Shown here piece by piece: positions 62,470 to 64,000 of a stretch of 64,000 bases of DNA; the stretch's first letter is position 1; every line of letters begins with the position of its first letter. The translations under genes were made by a program, and so were the position numbers. The notes below the pieces were generated by a model, which was given only the letters and a program-made list of their open reading frames with translations, made no database searches and had not been told where the DNA came from. This DNA is from Squalus acanthias (lineage: Eukaryota), in the NCBI GenBank assembly GCA_030390025.1, contig CM059432.1:52082001-52146000 (forward strand), in the 5' to 3' direction.

Positions 62470-64000
62470 TCATAGAGTCATAACGGCACAGAAGGAGGCC
62501 ATTCGGCCCATCGAGTCCGTGCAGGCTCTCTGTAGAGCAATCCAGTCAGTCCCATTCCCCCGCTCTATCCCCGTAGCCCTGCAAGTTTATTTCCCTCAAG
62601 TGCCTATCCAGTCTCCGCTTGAAAAATTTGAGGGGGAGAAATTCAGTATCGCCCCCTTTGGGGCGCAAAGTTTAGCGCCTGCCGCTAATTATCGCCTCCG
62701 ACTGCAAACTTGGCTTCTATCGCTCCTGGAGGTGATTTGAGCGCTAAATCAGGCGCTGCCTCAGAGCACTAGCGAAGCTCATGTGATGTCAGTGAGCAAT
62801 GGAACACAGACACACTGGCGCCGGCCAGTTCTTAAAGGGGAGGGTCGATCTTGCTCTCCAGCCACACCCTGCTCATTGCAGCCTTGAATCTCAACCTGGA
62901 GAGACCTGTACATCAATTCTGCTGGAAAGAACAATGGAGAGGCCCAGGGAAAGAGCTCGGAGTGCAGCCCCCATAGTCTTCTAAATCGACGCAAGGAAGG
63001 TCAAATCAAAATGAACCTGCAAAGTGCTGCTCAGTACCCAAAACTCCTTCACATAGCGTTGTATCTCTCCAGAAGTCTCTCTCTCTCAGAATGCGTGGTG
63101 CAAAAATGTCGCCGACAAAAAAAGGTAGGAAGCGGCCGCCTTTAAATAGCACTCCCCCAGTCCCTTCCCGACTGCAAAATGTTCCCCTCTACCTGTCGTT
63201 GCTAGCGGCAGGCGGAAAGGCAGGGGGCGCCACTCAATATCCGATCCGGGGCACTACTGGGGCGTTGCATGCTCGACTGACGTCATGATCTGCGGGCGCA
63301 GGAGATAGTGGCGGGAGTGTTTAGCAGCGCCGCAAAATGTCTGGTCAATTTCACGAGTGGCGCAAACATCGCCGCGCCTGGGCTAGTTGCTTTGTGCCCT
63401 GTTAGCGCCCGGAGGCGCTAATCAACCGAATTTTTCCCCGAGTGTCTCCGCTTCCACCACTTCCTCGGCAGCAAGTTCCAGGTCCTCACCACTCGCTGCA
63501 TAAAAAAGTCTTTCCTCACGTCCCCCCTGTATCTCTTACCCAATACCTTAAATCTGTGTCCCCTAGTCCTTGTACCATCAACTCGTGGGAACAGCCTTTC
63601 CCCGTCTAGCTATCCAAACCCGTCATAATCTTGTACACCTCTATCAAGTCACCTCTCAACCTCCTTTGCTCTAATGAAAACAAATCCAGCTTCTCCAACC
63701 TGTCCTTGTAGCTAAGATCCCCTTTTCCCGGAACCATTCTGGTAAATCTCCTCTGCACCCTCTCAAGTGCCTTCACATCCTTCCTAAAGTGTGGTGACCA
63801 GAACTGGACGCAATACTCCAGTTGTGGCCTAACCAGCGCTTTATAAAGGTTCAGCATAACTTCTCTACTTTTGTACTCAACACCTCTGTTTATGAAGCCC
63901 AAGATCCCATATGCTTTGCTAACCACTCTCTCAATATGTCCTGCCACCTTCAGGGACCTATGCACATTAACTCCCAGGTCCCTCTGTCCCTGCCTACTCT
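62470..64000 (-). mobile_element. CR1 3' end (runs off window) split by a Harbinger derivative
   Basis: LVRPQLEYCVQFWSPHFRKDVKALERVQRRFTR; 3' UTR at 62470-62600. Confidence 0.9.
62633..63439. mobile_element. Non-autonomous deletion derivative related to the 42679-46860 Harbinger, opposite orientation
   Basis: TIRs GGGGAGAAATTC / GGGGAAAAATTC, TSD GAG; keeps Myb start MERPRERAR; right arm homologous to ~42700-43050. Confidence 0.85.

Overview
Eukaryotic, repeat-dense vertebrate DNA, most likely from a cartilaginous fish (inferred from the CR1, Deu-SINE, Penelope-like and Harbinger repertoire). I could not confidently assign any host protein-coding exon; the only convincing host signal is a CpG-rich promoter with RFX-, E-box- and CCAAT-like motifs at ~17.5-18.3 kb. 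Most of the window is transposable elements: many CR1 fragments (one ~3.3 kb copy keeps the ORF1 esterase end and a frameshifted ORF2), L2 fragments, SINEs, hAT-type and Harbinger-type MITEs. Highlights: (i) a full-length 4.18 kb two-gene PIF/Harbinger transposon (42679-46860), each gene broken by a single lesion, nested inside a Penelope-like element (PLE) next to a CR1 tail; (ii) two PLE families whose terminal repeats carry minimal hammerhead ribozymes with palindromic helix III, including a perfect 98-bp inverted double-ribozyme insertion with a 12-bp TSD (55384-55628); (iii) two related unclassified composite minisatellite elements (~24.3-25.1 kb, ~36.8-37.7 kb). All family names come from motif recognition, not database searches.
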